Shown piece by piece: positions 60,334-64,000 of a DNA stretch of 64,000 nt (positions within the stretch are counted from its first letter, which is position 1; each line of letters begins with the position of its first letter). This stretch comes from Patescibacteria group bacterium (GTDB taxonomy: Bacteria; Patescibacteriota; Patescibacteriia; Buchananbacterales; UBA6539). Made by a program: the position numbers and the translations under genes. The notes beneath the pieces are model-generated. The model worked only from the letters and a program-made list of their open reading frames with translations, had not been told where the DNA came from and did not search any database. The stretch spans positions 7,003-71,002 of the forward strand of contig JBAZMQ010000006.1 in the NCBI GenBank assembly GCA_041649675.1, written 5' to 3'.

Positions 60334-61287
60334 TTATTTTTTTCTTTTCTTATTGCGGCTGACTCTGATTAAACCAGAGCAAGGGATAATTTGAATTCCC
60401 TTCTTTTCCAATTCATCCAAAAAATGATTAACACCGAGAGAATCTGAAGAAATATGGCCGGCAATTACGACATTAATATGATACTTGGCTGCTTCTTTTT
60501 TACGTTCTTCATCCATATGCATACCAATAATCGTACCAATTCCCGCTTGCGACATCTTTTCGTAAATACCCACCGCCCCTTCGGTACCACCGGTAATTTC
60601 GGTCACTACAATTTTGCCGGCGGAATTGTCCGGGGAGCCAACAAAAATTTTGGGACCGGTTTTTCTTTTTATGGCTTCTTGATATTCAGGTACTTTCTTT
60701 AAAACCGCAACCACTTCACCAACAGTTTCTGGCTTGGCTTTTTTGATTAAATTGTCCAAAAATGTCGCAGCCATATTGTCAGCCGGCGTATGAACGCACA
60801 TTAGACCAATATCCAAAAGTTTAGCCGCATCCACGGTCCGGTAATGATTGGAAGCCGAAACTCCCCTGGCAACTTCCGAAATTCTTTCTTTGGTCAAAGA
60901 CTCAGCTACATTGATTGGCACACCGTACATGGCCAAAAGATCAGCTTGCAAATGCATGACGTTACCCAAATCGGCCAAAGCCGAACCTAAAGGATGATGA
61001 GCAATAACTAAATCAACGCCCATTTGTTTAGCAATTAAAAGTTCAGCCGGTTGGATATCAATTCCGACCATCACCTTTTTAATTTCTTTTTTGGAATCAA
61101 CTAAAACTCGGGTGTCCGAATACGGGTTGGTTAACCGCTCGGTATCAAATTCTTTTTTACTTTCCGTTCCCAATTTGTCATATTTGTCTTTGATTTTTCC
61201 AAGAATTTTTTTTACTTTCGCTTCCCCCCGCAGATCGTTAGCAATACCGAGTTTAATTGCCAACGAATAAATTTGTTGGATGTTCAT
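60334..61287 (-). CDS. Nif3-family dinuclear metal-centre protein
   Basis: DLVIAHHP and C-terminal IAGHISSD motifs. Confidence 0.8.
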   Translation of the reverse strand: MNIQQIYSLAIKLGIANDLRGEAKVKKILGKIKDKYDKLGTESKKEFDTERLTNPYSDTRVLVDSKKEIKKVMVGIDIQPAELLIAKQMGVDLVIAHHPLGSALADLGNVMHLQADLLAMYGVPINVAESLTKERISEVARGVSASNHYRTVDAAKLLDIGLMCVHTPADNMAATFLDNLIKKAKPETVGEVVAVLKKVPEYQEAIKRKTGPKIFVGSPDNSAGKIVVTEITGGTEGAVGIYEKMSQAGIGTIIGMHMDEERKKEAAKYHINVVIAGHISSDSLGVNHFLDELEKKGIQIIPCSGLIRVSRNKKRKK

Positions 61288-61312
61288 AATTTAGGAGTTT
61301 AGAAATTAGTGA

Positions 61313-61937
61313 GTTAAGCCAGCTTAACAGCCTTTAGGCTGTTATTCCTTAATATAATCTATAATTGGATAATTTGCAAAACAATCATCGAGCCAGTCTT
61401 GACCAAATTTTTTCAGATAATCTTTATAACTACAAAACTGATAACCTACTAGCTCGTCTAAATTCTTTATTAAATTATGTTTGATCGGATTTTGGTGAAT
61501 ATAGTTCAAATGGCAATAAAAACTTTTCTCATCACTAACAATCTTATCCCAATATTGATACCAAATTTTACGTCCTTTCCGGTTTTCAATTTTATTTAAT
61601 AAATATGAACTTTTACCATTAACTTGACTTATCAGTTTAGCTAAATCAATCCCATTTTCTGCTTTTAACAGTAGATGATAATGATTATTCAAAACAACCC
61701 AACCGGACAAACTAAATTCAAATTCTCTAATTTTTTCAAAAATAACTTTTAATAATATTTCTTTTTTTAATTCATCACGGAAATAAGCTAACCCACCATA
61801 AGTCCTACTGCTAATAAAATAATAAGCAGGTTCCGGCAAATACAGATGTAATGGCCGATGGATACTTCTGTCTTTTGGAAAATTCAACATAGCTTTTTTA
61901 TAACACGCTAAAGCGTGTTAGCCAGCTAAAGACTGGC
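61313..61937 (-). mobile_element. REP-associated tyrosine transposase (RAYT / IS200-like Y1) unit with flanking hairpins
   Basis: CDS 61342..61890 flanked by GTTAAGC-C-AGCTTAAC + ACAGCC-TTTA-GGCTGT on one side, and TAACACGC-TAAA-GCGTGTTA + GCCAG-CTAAAGA-CTGGC on the other. Confidence 0.65.
61342..61890 (-). CDS. REP-associated tyrosine transposase (IS200/IS605 Y1 HuH family)
   Basis: HuH motif NHYHLLLK. About 180 aa. A conserved Tyr region near the C-terminus (YIHQNP). Confidence 0.8.
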   Translation of the reverse strand: MLNFPKDRSIHRPLHLYLPEPAYYFISSRTYGGLAYFRDELKKEILLKVIFEKIREFEFSLSGWVVLNNHYHLLLKAENGIDLAKLISQVNGKSSYLLNKIENRKGRKIWYQYWDKIVSDEKSFYCHLNYIHQNPIKHNLIKNLDELVGYQFCSYKDYLKKFGQDWLDDCFANYPIIDYIKE

Positions 61938-61977
61938 TAAAGGTGGCTATGTTGATTGTATATAGATATTCTAATTC

Positions 61978-64000
61978 CTAACCTTCTAACTTCCTAATTC
62001 CTAGTTTTCCGCCCTGGACTTCAATCATTTTTTCAGCCAAACCCAAAACAATATCATCGGCCAAAGTGGCTTTTTTAAGTTCCAAACCGAATTTGGAAAA
62101 AAATTGATCTAAGCCTTGATGATAAATTACAATCCGATCATTAATTGACAAGCCTGATTCTTTTCGCAATTGATTAATTTGTCTAATTAATTCGCGCAAC
62201 TGGCCTTCCTGTTTTAATTCTTCAGTAAGTTCTATATCTAAACCATCGTTGATATTAAACAAAACTTTTTTGACATTAAGCTCGTCTTCAATTAAGGCCT
62301 GTATCTCCTTGGGTAATTTATTAGCCAAAGAAGTGGTGTAGCTATTTAACGGCTGACGAATTTTAATGCCAGCTTCGGCTCTGGCGGCCAAACCATTTTG
62401 AACAATTTGCAAAGTTAGATCCATTTGCTTAATTAAATCATGATCAATTAATTTCTTGTTTAAATCCGGCCAATCCTCCAGATGAACTGATTCTTTTTTG
62501 CCACCAATTTTTTGATAAATATCTTCAGCGACAAAAGGCATGAATGGCGCAATCAATTTGGAAAATTCCTGCAAAACATAGCCCAAGGTATTAACACCCG
62601 AGGTATCACCGGCCTTAAAACGTTCCCGGGATCGGCGTAAATACCAAGTTGAAAGTTCATTGATAAAGCCACTGATTGGCCGGGCGGCTTTTAAAACATT
62701 ATAATCTTTAAGTTGGGTGGTAATTTCTTCGTTGAGCAAATTTAGCTTGGCTAAAATCCAATGATCCAAAATATTCTTTGGTTTCGGGACAGAAATAGTG
62801 TCATTCTTATACATTAAATAAAAACTTAAAATGTTACCAATCAGCATGACATTTTTTTGCAAAACTTCTTTAACGCCAGTTTCGGAAAAATTCAAACTTT
62901 CAGCCTCAATGACCGGTGAAGTCAACATATAATAACGCAAGGCATCGGCGCCGTAAGTTTCCACTACCAAATCCGGTTCCGGATAATTTTTTAAGCGCTT
63001 GGCCATTTTCTGGCCATCTTGGGCCAAAACTATTCCGTTGACAATCACGTTTTTAAACGCCGGTTTATTAAACAACGCCGTGGCTAAAACCATGAGTGTA
63101 TAAAACCAGCCGCGGGTTTGATCAACACCTTCAGCAATAAATTCAGCTGGAAAATTCTTTTCAAACCACTTTTTATTTTCAAACGGATAATGAACTTGAG
63201 CATAAGGCATGGAACCGGATTCAAACCAACAATCCAAAACATCAGGAATTCGTTTCATCTTCTGGCCGCACTTTTCGCATTTGAATTTTATTTCATCAAT
63301 AATGTGTTTATGTAAATCAACCACTTTTTGGCCGCTTAACTTTTCTAGCTCTTCAATTGAACCAGCAACTTTGATTTCACCACACTCACATTTCCAAACC
63401 GGCAAAGGTGTGCCCCAATAGCGTTGGCGGGAAATTGCCCAATCCGTGGCCCCTTCCAACCATTTACCAAACCGACCCTGCTGCAAATGAGCCGGCGTCC
63501 AATGAACTTTTTTATTGTTGGCAATTAATTTATCTTTAATGGCGGTAACGTCAACAAACCAAGAGTCAGTTGAGTAATTCAAAAGCGGCGTGTCGCAGCG
63601 CCAACAAAACGGATAGCTGTGGGTGAATTCAGCCGCGGCAAATAATAAACCTTTGGTTTCCAAATAAACAACAATTTTTTTGTCCATCAATTGAGGATCG
63701 TCTTTAGATTTAACCAATTGACCCGGCCAATCGGTAACGGCGCTGGTAAATTTACCGGCGGAATCAACATGCAAAATTGTTGGTAATTTTTTTTCCTTAC
63801 CTAAATTCATATCGTCCTGGCCAAAACCAGGGGCAATATGAACTACACCAGTACCATCTTCAGTGGTAACAAAATCAGCGGTTTGAATCGTATAAATATT
63901 TTCCTTGTTTTCTAAATTAGCATTTACAAAGTAATCAAACAACGGTTTGTAGTGCTTACCGATTAAATTTTTGATATCCACAGCGCCAACAATTTTAAAA
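61978..64000 (-). CDS. ileS: isoleucyl-tRNA synthetase (C-terminal ~670 aa; the gene continues beyond the window end)
   Basis: KMAKR (KMSKS variant), VLDCWFESGSMPYAQ, and C-terminal Zn-finger Cys pairs. Confidence 0.85.
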   Translation of the reverse strand, partial: FKIVGAVDIKNLIGKHYKPLFDYFVNANLENKENIYTIQTADFVTTEDGTGVVHIAPGFGQDDMNLGKEKKLPTILHVDSAGKFTSAVTDWPGQLVKSKDDPQLMDKKIVVYLETKGLLFAAAEFTHSYPFCWRCDTPLLNYSTDSWFVDVTAIKDKLIANNKKVHWTPAHLQQGRFGKWLEGATDWAISRQRYWGTPLPVWKCECGEIKVAGSIEELEKLSGQKVVDLHKHIIDEIKFKCEKCGQKMKRIPDVLDCWFESGSMPYAQVHYPFENKKWFEKNFPAEFIAEGVDQTRGWFYTLMVLATALFNKPAFKNVIVNGIVLAQDGQKMAKRLKNYPEPDLVVETYGADALRYYMLTSPVIEAESLNFSETGVKEVLQKNVMLIGNILSFYLMYKNDTISVPKPKNILDHWILAKLNLLNEEITTQLKDYNVLKAARPISGFINELSTWYLRRSRERFKAGDTSGVNTLGYVLQEFSKLIAPFMPFVAEDIYQKIGGKKESVHLEDWPDLNKKLIDHDLIKQMDLTLQIVQNGLAARAEAGIKIRQPLNSYTTSLANKLPKEIQALIEDELNVKKVLFNINDGLDIELTEELKQEGQLRELIRQINQLRKESGLSINDRIVIYHQGLDQFFSKFGLELKKATLADDIVLGLAEKMIEVQGGKLGIRKLEG

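Overview
The window looks like a low-GC (about 35-40% by eye) streamlined bacterial genome with short intergenic regions. Several typical CPR/Patescibacteria-style genes are present (a four-helix-bundle IVS protein, a DUF559 endonuclease, a bacterial Elp3, a stand-alone TrpB2). This placement is an inference from gene content. Core genes are clear: trpS, gdh, murI, glyA, folD, ychF, rpsF-ssb-rpsR-efp, recA, ftsK, rpoC, rpoB, ruvA, a Mur ligase, nif3 and partial ileS. Superimposed are several discrete GC-rich (about 50-60%) patches that look horizontally acquired. These are a large frameshift-split secreted dockerin-like protein; a CxxCH Cys-rich protein; a small basic-protein insertion; two purine-biosynthesis gene pairs (purC-purE and purH-purB), each preceded by a paralogous ~300 bp block; an FGGY sugar kinase; and a tandem pair of radical-SAM/SPASM enzymes next to two TrmB-type regulators. 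At least three families of structured intergenic repeats are visible. (i) A 90-160 bp MITE-like element with nested inverted repeats (TGTCATTCTGAG ... CTCAGAATGACA) is present in 5 copies, all in the same orientation, each ending 9-12 nt before an ATG. (ii) GC-rich CCCTCTCC...GGAGAGGG palindrome clusters occur at 3 loci. (iii) AT-rich AATTCATAATTC/AATTCCTAATT inverted repeats occur at three loci in the 35.8-52.3 kb region. There is also a REP-associated tyrosine transposase (HuH motif HYHLLL) flanked by hairpins, and a canonical T-box riboswitch (AGGGTGGTACCGCGG) upstream of a small-ORF/trpB2/trpS locus. No rRNA, tRNA or CRISPR array was recognised by eye.
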